This document shows, piece after piece, positions 1 to 20,834 of a DNA stretch of 64,000 bases. Position 1 is the stretch's first letter, and each line of letters opens with the position of its first letter. The translations under genes and the position numbers were made by a program. This stretch comes from the human T2T-CHM13v2.0 reference genome, Homo sapiens, in the NCBI RefSeq assembly GCF_009914755.1, contig NC_060928.1. One strand, written 5' to 3'. A model generated the notes under the pieces. That model saw only the letters and a program-made list of their open reading frames with translations. It made no database searches and had not been told where the DNA came from.

Positions 1-425
<425 letters not shown>

Positions 426-817
426 AGAATCCAGGGGTTTTATTTAAACTTTCATAATCTCAATAGAAGTTATAATAAAACAGGCTAAAAACTGGTAATA
501 TTTTAAAAATTGGGGGAGATGACAAAAGAAGTGTAACAATGTTTGGGTAGAAATCTTTTAAATCTACTATGTCTTCTTTAAAAAATTAAGAAATCCATGG
601 CTTCACAATTAAAATAGAACTACTTCTCAACACCGTGAGTTGAATAATGATGTTTAAAATGTTACTTCAGTTGTCACCATCTGCTTTGCCTTTAAGAAAA
701 GTAAATTTAAAAAATATAAATAGAACTATAGATATATAAAATTTCTAGTTCTATTTTTTATATATACATTTTTATATATATAAAAATGTATATATAAAAA
801 ATTTCTAGTTCTATTAC

Positions 818-949
818 CTGTTCTCCAAAGTGAGTAAAGCAGAGTAAATTCCCATCTACACAGCCAATACAAATATACTGTGAGCAACATTGTGGGGAAG
901 AGAAGAGTGGTTTTCCACAGGAATGTTTCCAAATAACGTTCCCAGTAGC
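818..949 (-). CDS. AASDH: AASDH exon 14 (ATGNVIWKHSCGKPLFSSP...HFGEQ), PQQ-like propeller repeat
   Basis: acceptor AG at 950-951, donor GTAATA at 817; 132 nt, phase 0/0. Confidence 0.93.
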
Positions 950-1540
950 CTGTCACAGGAAAAAGCAATTCACAGCATTTTATGTCATCCTACTAATCAG
1001 TTACCCTTTAAAAAACAAACTCATACATCTCCTAGGGTTAGAACTAAAATAGCAGAAAATGCTGTAGTGGTATGCAGACATAAATGAAGCTGGTATACAT
1101 ATATAAAATTAATCAGTGCTATTTATGAGAACTAGGAAAAAGGCTTGCAATAAAAGCAGCAAAGAAAAAACTAGCACCTAAGAGTTATCCCTGTGATGGA
1201 CATAAAGTTCTTAATATGATGAAAAAAATTTTGTCAATTTGAACCTGGGAGGCAGAGGTTGCAGTAAGCTGAGATTGCGCCACTGCACTCCAGCCTGGGT
1301 GACAGAGGGAGACTCTGTCAAAAAACAAACAAACAAACAAAAAAATACATATATATATACAGGAATTTAAATTTTCTTATCTTTCTAGATCTCATGTCAA
1401 TCATTTTTAATGAATTCCAGTTTGGTGTATGTGGACTACTACAATTAACTGAAAACTACTCAAACTTTCAAAGCTCAAAGCAAAAATTTTACAAATTTAA
1501 AGAAAAGTAATAAAATCAATATGTATTATTTTATGCCTAC

Positions 1541-1663
1541 AGGATTTACAGCCAGTAAAAGTCCTCCCAATGTAGCAAAATACAAATGATGTGGAATCAG
1601 GTTCAAACACGGAGAGGAAAAGACAGTTCCTCCACATTTTGACTTCCAAACACACTTCTTTCT
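1541..1663 (-). CDS. AASDH: AASDH exon 13 (RKKCVWKSKCGGTVFSSP...LLAVNP)
   Basis: inside ORF 1526..1732; CAG acceptor, GTAGGC donor; 123 nt, phase 0/0. Confidence 0.93.
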
Positions 1664-2917
1664 CTGCAAATAAGAAAACAAATTAATTTGTTCTTGTTGA
1701 TGGTTAACAAATCCATATAACCTACCCTTCATGATATTATGTCTGTTTAGTTAATATAAGTTTTTATCTTTAGTATAAAGTACATGCCTACTGTGGAGAA
1801 TCAGATTAGTATAAAGACAAAGGACACTACCCAGAGACAACCAGTGTTAACATTTTAGCATTTTCTCATTTGATCTTTTTGGGGTATGGGTGTGTGTGTC
1901 TGGGCGCACACATCTGAGAATATGTGTATATACACACACACGATCTAATATAGCTGAGATCATTCTGAATATATAACTTGGTATCATATTTTGCTCACTG
2001 ATTTTGTAAAATGATTTAAATATAATTTTAATCCATAATATCCCATATGAACATAAATAATTTCTCTCTCTACCTTATCATTGAACGTTTTTTGGAATTT
2101 CTAGGTATTATAAACAACTTAGAAATAGGCATCTTAATGCATATATTTGACTATGTTTCTGATTATTTTTGCCAGGATTTCTAAAAAACGAATTTTATTG
2201 GATCAAGGATATGATATTGTTACCTATGGTCAAATCGTTTTCATTAGAGGCCTCACTAGTTACAACCTCTTACCACTCTCATCAGCATTTAATGTTATGA
2301 TGAATATGTCTTCTAATCTAACACCATTTGTTTATCTCAAGAGTTTTTAATTTTCATTCCTTTGATTATTAAATTCATGAACTATTTATATACATTTACT
2401 AGCCGTCTCTTCTTTGGGGTCCTGTGTATTTATGTCCCTTGTTTATTTTTCTATCTGCTCTACATTTGTCTTATTAATTTGTATTTGATCTTTATTTTCA
2501 TTAATACTTATAAATATAAATGAATTTCCACTTTTTTTACATTTATTTCAAAAATTTTCCCAGCTTAATTTCATAATTCTTACATAACATTTTAATTTTT
2601 ATGTAATCAGGTCTTAAAACATCTTATTGATATCTTCGTCATTTTTTTCTACTGTCAAGATGATAATCCTAAATTCTTTAATTCCAAAACTCTGAGTAGC
2701 ACACTTATTTGTGGTAAATTTGGTAATGAAGTTAAAAAGGTCTTAAGATATTAAGACTTAATTAATGCTTTATTCTTCCCAGACCACACAAGCTTGGGAA
2801 ATAGTTAATACCTGTTCCAAGGCTCAACTACACCTGACAGTTACTCACTCTTCTTCTAAGTATTGAAATTTAATGCTTCTATGCTTATGGTATTAGACTA
2901 ATGAGGTGAATTTTCTT

Positions 2918-3089
2918 TCTTTTTTTTTTTTTTTTTTGAGATAGAGTCTCACTCTGTCACCCAGGGTGGAATACACTGTCACAATCTTGGCTCACTGCAA
3001 CCTCCACCTCCCAGGTTCACGCAATCCTCCCACCTCAGCCTCTGGAGTAACTACCATTACAGGCATGCGCCACCATGCCCAGCTAATTT
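2918..3089 (-). mobile_element. Alu right-arm monomer starting ~15 nt after the exon 12 donor
   Basis: polyT plus reversed Alu consensus. Confidence 0.85.
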
Positions 3090-3104
3090 GAGGTCAATCC
3101 TTAC

Positions 3105-3268
3105 ATAAATATCTAAAGCATATGCGTGCTGGTCATGAGATCCAATGTAAATGAGTCCTGTGGTTGGATCCATGGTTGCCGAGCTTTTGACAGCATCTTC
3201 AGTAGTAAACATCCAGTATTTTTCTCCACTATTACTTTTCAGAACATAAACTAATCCATTATAACAGC
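3105..3268 (-). CDS. AASDH: AASDH exon 12 (CYNGLVYVL...[14 protein letters not shown])
   Basis: inside ORF 3057..3287; 164 nt, phase 1/0; GTAAGG donor. Confidence 0.94.
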
Positions 3269-4409
3269 CTACCAAGAAACAAAGCACAAAAGATTTGATA
3301 TAGATATATTACTGGAAAATAATTCTTTAGCCTACAGCATGCAATTTATATTCAGTCCTCCTCTTATACATAGGCTCTATGATAAGCTCATCTGGCTTAC
3401 ATTTTAGCAATGTAAAGCAGAAACTGAATTAGTAATCACTTATGTAAAATATCTATTTAGTAGGTGTATCTTATCTTTTAAAAGTACTTCACTAATTTTT
3501 TTACATACTTATTTTTAAGAAGCGCTTCACTACTGAAAAAATAATAAAGTACACTGTGGTGGAGAGAGATTTTTGACACATCTGGATTCAGATTTCATCA
3601 CGACTGTCACTGGGCATTTAAATCACCCAGTGTTGCTAAGCCCCAAATTATTCATCTGCAGAATGTGGAGTCATCTACTTCCAGGGTTATTGCAACAATT
3701 CAGATAATGTGAACAAATGCCCAGTGCATAGAAGGTGTTTAAGAAGTGCTAACGTTAATAGTCAATGTTCATTGAGCATTTACTATGTGTCAGGCGTTAT
3801 TCTAAGTATGTTACATCTATTAATTCATTTAATCCCCACAGTGAAGTAAGTACTATTATAACCACATTTTATAGATAACAAAATTGAAGCACAGAGAGAC
3901 TAAATTACTGGGGAAAAATTACACAGCTCATATGTGGCAAACCAAGATTTGAATCTAAGAAGTCAATCTCCAGAGCCTATGCTCTTAACAACTAAACTGC
4001 TTTTCCCAAATTGCTGCTATGGATGAGAAGACAGGGCAGGAGTCCTTGACCTTGGTGTAGCCAAAATAACCTAACTGGAAGTAGAGATGGTTCAAATGTA
4101 CAAAGTGAAGGTCACTCAAATTCCCTGGAGATCATGAAAATCAGGAGAAGTAGAATTTGGGGACAGCTATTTAGGGCAATTTCATTGATGCCCACTCTCT
4201 AGACAGCTCTGCCTATGGCCGCTGCCACTCATTTGAGGCCCAATTCCCAATGTACTTTTTATGCTTTTTTTTCCCCTGGCAGTTATTATTTAGTAGCAAG
4301 AGAGTAGTGGCCAGCTCAGAGATGACAAAGAGAAATGTCCTACATAGTAGAGCACCCCAGAACTCACCTGGGTAAAGATTTCTGTCAATTCAGTTTAATT
4401 CCAAAAGAC

Positions 4410-5250
4410 AATACAAAAGAAAATCTTTTTGACCTTGGGTTAGGCAAAGATTGCTAAGATGACACCAAAAGCATGACCCATTAAAAAAATTAAATTGGAC
4501 TTCATCAAAATAAAGGACTCCTCTTCAAAAGACACTATGTCACTACGCTAAAAGAATAAAACACAAGCCCCAGACTGAGAGAAAACATGCAAAACATATA
4601 TCTGATAAATGATTTATATTCAGAATACATAAAACAATTCTTAAAACTCAATTTAAAAAACTTAAAAATGGGAAAAAGATTTCAATAGACACTTCACAAA
4701 AGATACACAGAGAGCAAATGAGGTTTTGAAAAGGTGCTCGTCAGACATGGTGGCTCACGTCTGTAATCCCAGCACTTTGGGAGGCTGAGGTGGGCAGATC
4801 GCTTGAGCCCAGGAGTTTGAGACCAGCGTGGACAACACACAGAAGCTCTGTCTCTACAAAAATTACAAACATTAGCCAGGTGTGGTGGTGTATCTGTAGT
4901 CCCAGCTACTCCAGAAGCTGAGGTGGGAGCATCACCTGAGCCCAGGAGTTCGAGGGTGTAGTAAGCCATGATGACGCCACTGCACTCCAGCCTGGGTGAC
5001 AGAGCAAGACGCTGTCTTAAAAAAAAAAAAAAAGATGCTCAACATCACTGGTCACTAGGGAAAGGCAAATTAAAACCACAATAAAATTCCACTCATGATT
5101 ATTTCAACGGCTATAACAAAAAAAAAGTTAAAGCTGACAATACCAAGTACTAGCAAAAATGTGGTGCAACTGGACTTTTCACACATTGATGGTGGAAATG
5201 CAAAACACTTTATCACTTTGGGAAACAATTCAGCAGTTTCTTATCATTCA
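4410..5250 (+). mobile_element. old L1M fragment interrupted by an AluJ (4740-5033)
   Basis: L1 ORF2 3'-like sequence; Alu flanked by AAAAG(G/A)TGCTC TSD. Confidence 0.75.
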
Positions 5251-5827
5251 GGTGTATTACTGAAAGTGTTCTGTAGTATAATTTTCAAAATGCCGTTGTT
5301 TAAAGGGGAAGAAGGGAAGAATCACATTCAGATTCAAGTAGATTGCTGCTAGGATAGCACAAGTAGGGAAAGCTATTCCTAAGCCTTTAGTTTGAAAAGC
5401 TTTGATGAAGATTCCATGAGCGTATAAAATGAAACCTAACATACTTGGGAGAGTAAAAAGAGAGTTGTAGTCAGGGGGAGATATTATACCCAGGACCCCC
5501 ATATTCCTAATAGAGTAAAAGTCACCTATACCTTAATGAAACTAAGCAGCAGTTAGTAGCTAACCCTTAATGAGCACTTATGAAAAAATGCTCACCAGGC
5601 CAGACATGGTGGCTCACGCCTGTAATCTCAGCACTTTGGGAGGCTGAGGTGGGCAGATCGCTTGAGCCCAGGAGTTTGAGACCAGCCTGGACAACACGCA
5701 GAAGCTCTGTCTCTACAAAAATTACAAACATTAGCCAGGTGTGGTGGCACGTCCCTAGCAATGCACCAATTGATTCATAAACAGTTATCTCATTTAATCC
5801 TCCCAAAAGCTTGATAAAAGATTCTAG

Positions 5828-6958
<1,131 letters not shown>

Positions 6959-7240
6959 TTTTATTATTATTCCCATTTTACCCACAAGGAAAGTGAAATT
7001 CTAAGAGGTTCAGTAACTTGCCAAAGGTCACAGAGTTCATAATAGCTATACAGGTAGGTTCAAATCCAGGGACTCTTGACCCCAAGGCCCACAATATTAA
7101 TCAGCACAGGGTTAACTATAATTTTTGGACAGCAACCAAACCCATCATATTTAGATTTTTAAAAAATTTAACTTGGGCCTATGAAGATTATTGTATGGTA
7201 ATTCAATTTAACTCCACAAACCTCAAATTCAAAAACTTAC

Positions 7241-8036
7241 CCACCACAATAAAGTTTCCACACTTAGATACACATGCTGAGGATTCAATTCGATCTCCCA
7301 AAATCTGTTCCCATTTTACCTTCCCAGAGTAAAAGTCAACTGCCTTCATTCTATGAGAATGGGAACCAATGTACACAGTTGTAGATGACTTATCAAAAGT
7401 GGGTATTACAACCAGCGGTGAAGCATCTACACATTTGCCTGTGTCTGACCTCCACCTCACATGTAACTCCATTTTCTGAGTCCCTATCACAGGTTTCCCC
7501 TCTTCAGAAACTTTTGCAACACAGGATGGATCTTTTGACTTCCCAATAAGAACTGGAGAATTTAAGCCTTTCAAATTTTGAATGTTGGTCTGTGAAACTG
7601 AGTCAGAAGGACAGGCTGAAGAGCAATGTCCTAACTTTGTTAAAAACCTAGTGGAATTCAGAGACAAAATTTGACTCCCTCTGCTCAGTACAACAAAAGC
7701 ATTAATCTCATTGTGGCAAGTGAAAGTCATGATGGCTTTCTGATGTAAAGATGTTCCACTGGCTTCCTCTTGATTAATGTCGCTGAGTTTCCTTTTTGTG
7801 GCACAACTCTTCCTGAATGTCACATCTTCATCTGGAACCACTGTTTGAAGGATGTGATTATAAATCTCTAAAATGGAACTGCTGAGAATAATTTCCAGAA
7901 GCCCAGGTACTGATGTACCAACAAGTTTTTCAATCTCACTGAGGAGCCGGATGGACTTTAAGGAATCTCCACCACTATTTAAGAAGAGTGACTCATCAGG
8001 AACCCTCAAAAGATCTTCTGGGAGATTCAGAGTAGA
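7241..8036 (-). CDS. AASDH: AASDH exon 11: phosphopantetheine carrier domain (GGDS, Ser589), linker and start of propeller
   Basis: ORF 7203..8009; 796 nt, phase 0/1; GTAAGT donor. Confidence 0.96.
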
Positions 8037-8150
8037 CTACAGATGAGAGAATAGAGAAATATGTGACGTAAAGGTCTAAAAGCAAAAGACTTCAACATTT
8101 ACAGGTAATATATAGAGATGAGAGTACCTACATTAATAATTAGAAATATA

Positions 8151-8452
8151 GGTCGGGTACAGTGGCTCACGCCTGTAATCCCAGTACTCTGGGAGGCCAA
8201 GGCGGGCAGATCACATGAGGTCAGGAGTTCGAGACCATCCTGGCCAACACAGTGAAACCCCACCTCCACTAAAACCACGAAAATTAGCTGGGTGCGGTGG
8301 TAGCCACCTGTAATCTCAGCTACTCGGAGGCTGAGGCAAGAGAATCGCTTGAACCCAGGGGGTGGAGGTTGCAGTGAGCCAAGATTGCGCCACTGCACTC
8401 CCGCCTGGGCAACAGAGTGAATCTCCATCTCAAAAATAATAATAATAATAAC
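8151..8452 (+). mobile_element. AluS
   Basis: dimeric Alu, TSD AATTAGAAATATA. Confidence 0.9.
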
Positions 8453-9319
8453 AATTAGAAATATAAAATAAATACTTTTAATAATAAAAATAAAGTTTTA
8501 AATTATTTTATTTATGTTAAAGGAGATCACTGTACTACCAATTTTGTCACAAATTCACTCTAAAAGTACAAAATATACTTCCCTTTAGAGCAGTTTTCTT
8601 ACCCATAAAATTGGGACAAAAACATCTGATTTATTAATTATAAAGCCCACAAGATACCAATAGCCAATATTTCTATAATATGGGAATAATTTGTCTTTGG
8701 CTGCTTCATATAAAGCAAAATTACTTTCCAAGAATCTAAAAATAAAGTAGGAGAGACTTTTATCTTAGATACCCTCTATTTTTAGACAAGGCTACACAAT
8801 TACATCCTCTTTTCAGAACCCTTTAAAAAAGAAAAATCTACATTTTATTTAAGAAAAATTATTAACTTACTGAGATATATTTTTAAACAAACCCTCTCAA
8901 GTAGAAATAAATATTGTTACTGAAAGTTCTTTTAGAATAATGATGTAAGCCCTAAGTATAACAGACAACGCACTGTGCTATAGCAAGATTTGGCTATTTT
9001 CTCAGCTCTGACAAGAGTGTTACTACATTCCACCGATCCTCTTAGAGAAAAGTTATGTCAAAACAGGCTTTGTCTACTTGTGCCTTTTATGACTACTTCA
9101 CTTTCAATAAATTTCTTTGTCGGAAACTTAATCTAGTCTTATAGTAGAGAACCTAACCTTCATTTTAATACAAATTGGATAAATGAAGATATACTACCTA
9201 ACATCTGGGTAGCAATAACATTCTCAGAAAATTTTATCCAACTTGTTAGGATAATAGCAGTCCCTAAAGATATAAAACGACCTCTTTATAATAATAATTT
9301 TATAACTTAAAAATTGTAC

Positions 9320-9435
9320 CTTCCACAAATACTGTAATTTTTCCCAAAGGTCCTCTTTCCCACTGAGCTTATTCTCAGACTTCAAGTTTATGTAGTTTAA
9401 ATATATCTTGTTTAACTCAGAAACATCAATTTTGC
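9320..9435 (-). CDS. AASDH: AASDH exon 10 (GKIDVSELNK...LQYLWK)
   Basis: manual translation; 116 nt, phase 1/0; contains the A10 catalytic Lys (GKID). Confidence 0.92.
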
Positions 9436-9627
9436 CTTAATATAAAAGAGAAATAACAAATGTTTTAAAACATTTTAAAATTTCACTCAAAGCCTTTATA
9501 TATTCATTAGCCATATACATTTTTCTTTGTACAACACAGAAATCATATAAAGAGTTTGTTGTCAACAATCAATTCTAAAAAGTTGTCTGATACTACCAAG
9601 AATATAGAGAGAAATAGATGAGAAACA

Positions 9628-9920
9628 GGTCAGGCATAGTGGCTCAGTCCTGTAACCCCAACACTTTGGGAGGCTGAGGTGGGAGGATCGCTTGAGGCTA
9701 GGTGTTCAAGACCAGCCTGGGCAACACAGCAAGACCCTGTCTCTACAGAAAAATTAAAAAATTGGCCTGTAGTTCTAGCTACTCGGGAGGCTTAGATGGG
9801 AGGATCACTTGAACCCAGGAAGTTGAGGCTGCAGTAGTGAGCCCTGACTGCACCACTGCATTCCAGCTTGGGTGAAGAAGTGAGACCCTATCTCCAAAAA
9901 AAAAAAAAAAAGAAAGAAAA
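9628..9920 (+). mobile_element. AluJ
   Basis: diverged dimeric Alu with A tail. Confidence 0.85.
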
Positions 9921-10168
9921 AGGAAAAAAGGAGCTAATATTTATCCAATTTATCTCAATTTCAAGAGTTAAGGAAATAGTTCCATTACCTGAGCAATTAC
10001 TGCATGTTGAAGTATATATTAAATAAAAATGAAATTGGGAAGGCAATATAATATGGTGATTAAGATTATATATTTTGAAGTCAAACAGTCCTAGACAGAC
10101 AAAACAAACAATAATAAAAATAAAATTAAAATAAAAAACAGTCCTAGACAGAATATCAATTCTATCAC

Positions 10169-10935
<767 letters not shown>

Positions 10936-10987
10936 ACTAATATAACCACTAACTAGCAAAATGATTTTTGGAAAATTACCTAACCTC

Positions 10988-11140
10988 TTTTTTTTTTTTT
11001 AGATGTTGCCAAGGCTGGAGTATAGTGGTTATTTACAGGCACAAACATAGCACACTGTGCCCTCAAACTCTCGGCCTCAAGCATCCTCCACTTTAGCTTC
11101 CCTGAGTGGCTGAAACTACAGGCGCTGACCACCATGCCTC
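10988..11140 (-). mobile_element. FAM-like fossil Alu monomer
   Basis: 7SL-like segment GGTTATTTACAGGCACAAACATAGCACACT. Confidence 0.65.
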
Positions 11141-11381
11141 ACCTAACTACTTAACCTCTTTAAGCCTTATTTTCTTCATCTGTAAACAGGAATAATACCA
11201 CCTATCCACAGGATTTTCTGAAGATAAAATGAATTAATTAGACAAAGCAGTCAAAAGAGGGTCTATCACAATAAATGCTAGTACCATTTATAAAAATAAA
11301 GATTTATGTTATCATTAAGCTAGTTATGAATACAGTTAGTATTATTTGGCACTGAAACATATCTGCTTTAAATTACTTTAC

Positions 11382-11574
11382 CGTGGGATGTAAATGGTAG
11401 AGAATCGATCAATACAAGCTCATCCGGGACTGCATGACTTGGAAGATATTTCTGCAGTTCTTTAAAGATGTATTCTTTTACTGAAGCATCTTTAGACACC
11501 ATGAAGAGAATTAATTTTTCCTGATTATACCATGTAACTGCACAAGACTCCACTTGCTGAAGCTCTTCAGCAAC
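11382..11574 (-). CDS. AASDH: AASDH exon 9 (VAEELQQVESCAV...LPFTSH)
   Basis: ORF 11368..11553; 193 nt, phase 0/1. Confidence 0.94.
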
Positions 11575-12016
11575 CTATAAGAGAGATTATCCTAATTTGC
11601 CAATGAGGATATTTACAAACAAGCTTCCTAAAAGCTTATTTTTTTAATGTCTGAAATCAAAACAGCTGAATTAAATTTTGGAATATACTGGAGATTTTTA
11701 AAAAATTGCTTTGCTACTGTTACTATTACTTGCACATAGGGTTCATAATATTTTTCAAAATAATAGATCCTAAAGCAAAATAAGCCAGTTAAATTTCACA
11801 AATATCAAAATCTAATTTGTCACTTATTTAAAGAATAACCATCTCTTCATGCTGGGGATAAGGGGCACCCTGAATTATTCATACCCTTTATTGTAATTCA
11901 TCACTAACACAAAAATGTCAGGTGTAAATAATAGAGACCCCAGCACAGAAAATTGGTGGTGGCTGCTTCTACTACTTACATATATTAATAGATATTCAAT
12001 ATTTAAATAGTTCTAC

Positions 12017-12189
12017 CTGTTGCACAAGTTCAATGTTAAGACGTTTGCCATGACGTTTGATCTGACTGTCTTTTCGTCCCAAAAAAAAAATCTCTCCATC
12101 TTTCACAGTCACAAAGTCTCCTGTAGCTCGCATTGTGCCAAGTGGTACTGTCACTTCATCATCAAGAAAACACACTCTGTTTCTGCCAC
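12017..12189 (-). CDS. AASDH: AASDH exon 8 (GRNRVC...ATGD...GRKDSQIKRHGKRLNIELVQQ)
   Basis: ORF 11996..12265; A7/A8 motifs; 173 nt, phase 1/0. Confidence 0.94.
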
Positions 12190-12682
12190 CTTCCCAAGAT
12201 ATAAACACCAATGTCATAAAAATCCAAGGGAAATATATTAAAAACCATAAAATCAACATCTCCAAAAGTTCAGTGACTAAACTTCAAAATTTAAATATTA
12301 AAAGATGGGCTCATTTTAAAATGTTATCTGATAAAATCAGACACAATAAGTTCAGTAAATAAGCAGAGATAAAATGAAATTTATTTCTTAAAATTTATGG
12401 AATTAAAAAAATTCTTAGACTACTGATTAAATATAATTTTGGCTATAAATATAAATATGAAGGTCCAAGTTACAGTCTCTAAATTACTTTTATTAATGTG
12501 TTAGACATTATTATCTGAAATAATTATTGTAACATTTGGTATTTCATGACTATATGAATGAGAATAAAAATTATCACTGAAAAGCATGAGATAGACAAAA
12601 GAAAAAGACGAAAGGAATAAAATTAACACATCAGATCATTTTTCTTGAAAAAAAAATTCCCAATCAACAAATATAAAACAAC

Positions 12683-12789
12683 CTAAAAATACTTGGCCAC
12701 TGCCTTCCTGAATTGTGAAGCCATTAGTATCTCTGACTTCAACTACTGTTCCAAGAAGTGGAAATCCCAGTTGTACAGGCAATTCACAT
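12683..12789 (-). CDS. AASDH: AASDH exon 7 (CELPVQLGFPLLGTVVEV...GQVFL)
   Basis: manual translation; 107 nt, phase 2/1; weak donor GTTGTT. Confidence 0.9.
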
Positions 12790-13159
12790 CTATGAAAATA
12801 AGATACAGAGCAGATTTAAAATTTTTCATTTGAATAGAATATTTTCCAATATATTTAAATCATACTGTACCAAATAAAGAAAAAAAAGTTTGTTACGCTC
12901 TAATTCAAAGACTGACAAGAGGAAAAGGTTAGGTGGAAAGGTAACCATATATGTTATTCATTACTATTTAGTACAAAAAGTTGCAGCAGTATCTTGGCAC
13001 CAGCTATAGTAAGGAAGGTTCTGGATTCCCAACTTAAAATATCAGATACAATCGTGTTTCTAAAATTATTACCCCAGCACCTATCAAAAACACTGTCAGT
13101 GTTAAGATCCTAGAAATATACAGTCTCTCTTCTCTATATAGTACAATGAAAACCCTTAC

Positions 13160-13401
13160 TTGAGAGTAGAGTTAAGAGTCTTCTCTGGAATCCTATAAAT
13201 GGTCGCCCAACTTGATACCTCTGTGATACCATAAACATTAAATATTTGTGTTTTATTGCCTTCTCCTCTCCAGCTTCTGAGAACTGTCAATGATGGAAAC
13301 GCTTCACCACCAAGGGCTAATACTCGAAGAGAAGTAGTGGCTGACAAAACAGTTGACTTGATAAGCTGAGATCCAAATCTTCTAAGCAATGTTGGTGTTG
13401 C
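13160..13401 (-). CDS. AASDH: AASDH exon 6 (ATPTLL...GGEAF...NVYGITE)
   Basis: ORF 13156..13413; 242 nt, phase 0/2. Confidence 0.95.
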
Positions 13402-13571
13402 CTGTAGATACATTAAAAATAATTTATTTATTTTCCTTCACTTCTTTAAAAAGGTAAGCACTGTAGTTATTATTTCAAAGTTAACATTTGGAGCCCACAT
13501 GGAAATGAAGGCTGTGTTTATCAAATGGGAAATCCCATTTGGAAAACTACTGGTGCAACATTATCTTCTTG

Positions 13572-13893
13572 TTTTTTTTTTTTTTTTTTTTGGTTTTGTT
13601 TGTTTGTTTTTTGAGACAGGGTCTCACTCTGTTGATCAGGCTGCAGTGCAATAGCATGACCATGGCTCACTGCAGCCTCAACCTCCCAGGCCCAAGTCAT
13701 CATCCCACCTCAGCCTCCTGAACAGCTTGGGACTACAGGCACGTACCACCACACCTAGCTAATTTTTTAAATTTTTTGTACAAATGGGGCCTGTGTTGCC
13801 TAGGCTGGTCTTGGACTCCTGGGCTCAAGCAATCCTCCCACTTTGGCCTCCCAAAGCACTAGGATTACAGGCATGAGCCACCATGCCTGGCCC
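13572..13893 (-). mobile_element. AluJ
   Basis: reversed Alu, TSD CAACATTATCTT. Confidence 0.88.
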
Positions 13894-14087
13894 AACATTA
13901 TCTTCCTAATGTGGGTATCACTTATGCTTTAGAAAAAAACTCAAGCAAAAATATTACTTATATTTCATCATACTGATTACACAAAAAGGTTTAGGATAAA
14001 AAGGACAAAATCTATAAAATCAATTTACCTTTCCTTTCTTACTCTGTATAAAAAGTATACAAAAGGGTTTAAAAATGTGCCTAAGTA

Positions 14088-14966
<879 letters not shown>

Positions 14967-15009
14967 AAAAATGTGCCTAAGTAAAACAATAATGAATAAA
15001 GATTTATAA

Positions 15010-18690
<3,681 letters not shown>

Positions 18691-19106
18691 ATAAAGATTT
18701 TTAAATTGTTTCTCTCAATAAAATCCATACGGAGTTGTAACAGACAACCTGAATTTTAATTCAGAAAAATGATTTAAGATCATGGCTTGTCAAAACATTT
18801 ACATAGTAGAATGACTCTACACCCTCATAGGTACTTATGTCCCAGTTAAGATTCTGGTTTTTAGTAATAAATTATGATGGCAACACTATAAGGCATCCTA
18901 AACCATGCTCTTACCTGTTATGCCAAGAAGTTTATCATAATGAAAATCTCTTGTCAAAATAGGGGCTAAAATGGTCCTGGCTCTTCATTTTCACTAAGCC
19001 GAATTTCAATGTTGTGGCCTAACTTCTGGTGTTAAGTATAATATCAACTTTGAACTCAATAAATAAACACACATCTATGAATACTCAGCAAAATAAAAAA
19101 AATGGA

Positions 19107-20542
<1,436 letters not shown>

Positions 20543-20834
20543 TGACAGCATTTAAGAGCCCTGCTTCATGTCCAATTAGGTCTGGGTAAGGTTTTTATTT
20601 GTAAATAAAATCTATATAAGGAGCGCTTTAGTAAATAAAAAAGTGTATATTATATCAAAGCAAAAATCCTTGATGACTTATATATCATTTGAAAGAAACT
20701 GGACTTAGGAGAGAAAAGATGAACCCTGGGGGTGGAGCCAAGATGGCCGAATAGGAGCAGCTCCAGTCTACAGCTCCCAGCATGAGCGACGCAGAAGACG
20801 GGTGATTTCTGCATTTCCAACTGAGGTACCAGGT

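Noticed and set aside
12190-12682. AASDH intron 7 as a U12-type intron because of its weak ends
   Set aside because: Donor GTTGTT does not match the U12 RTATCCT consensus; a weak U2 intron
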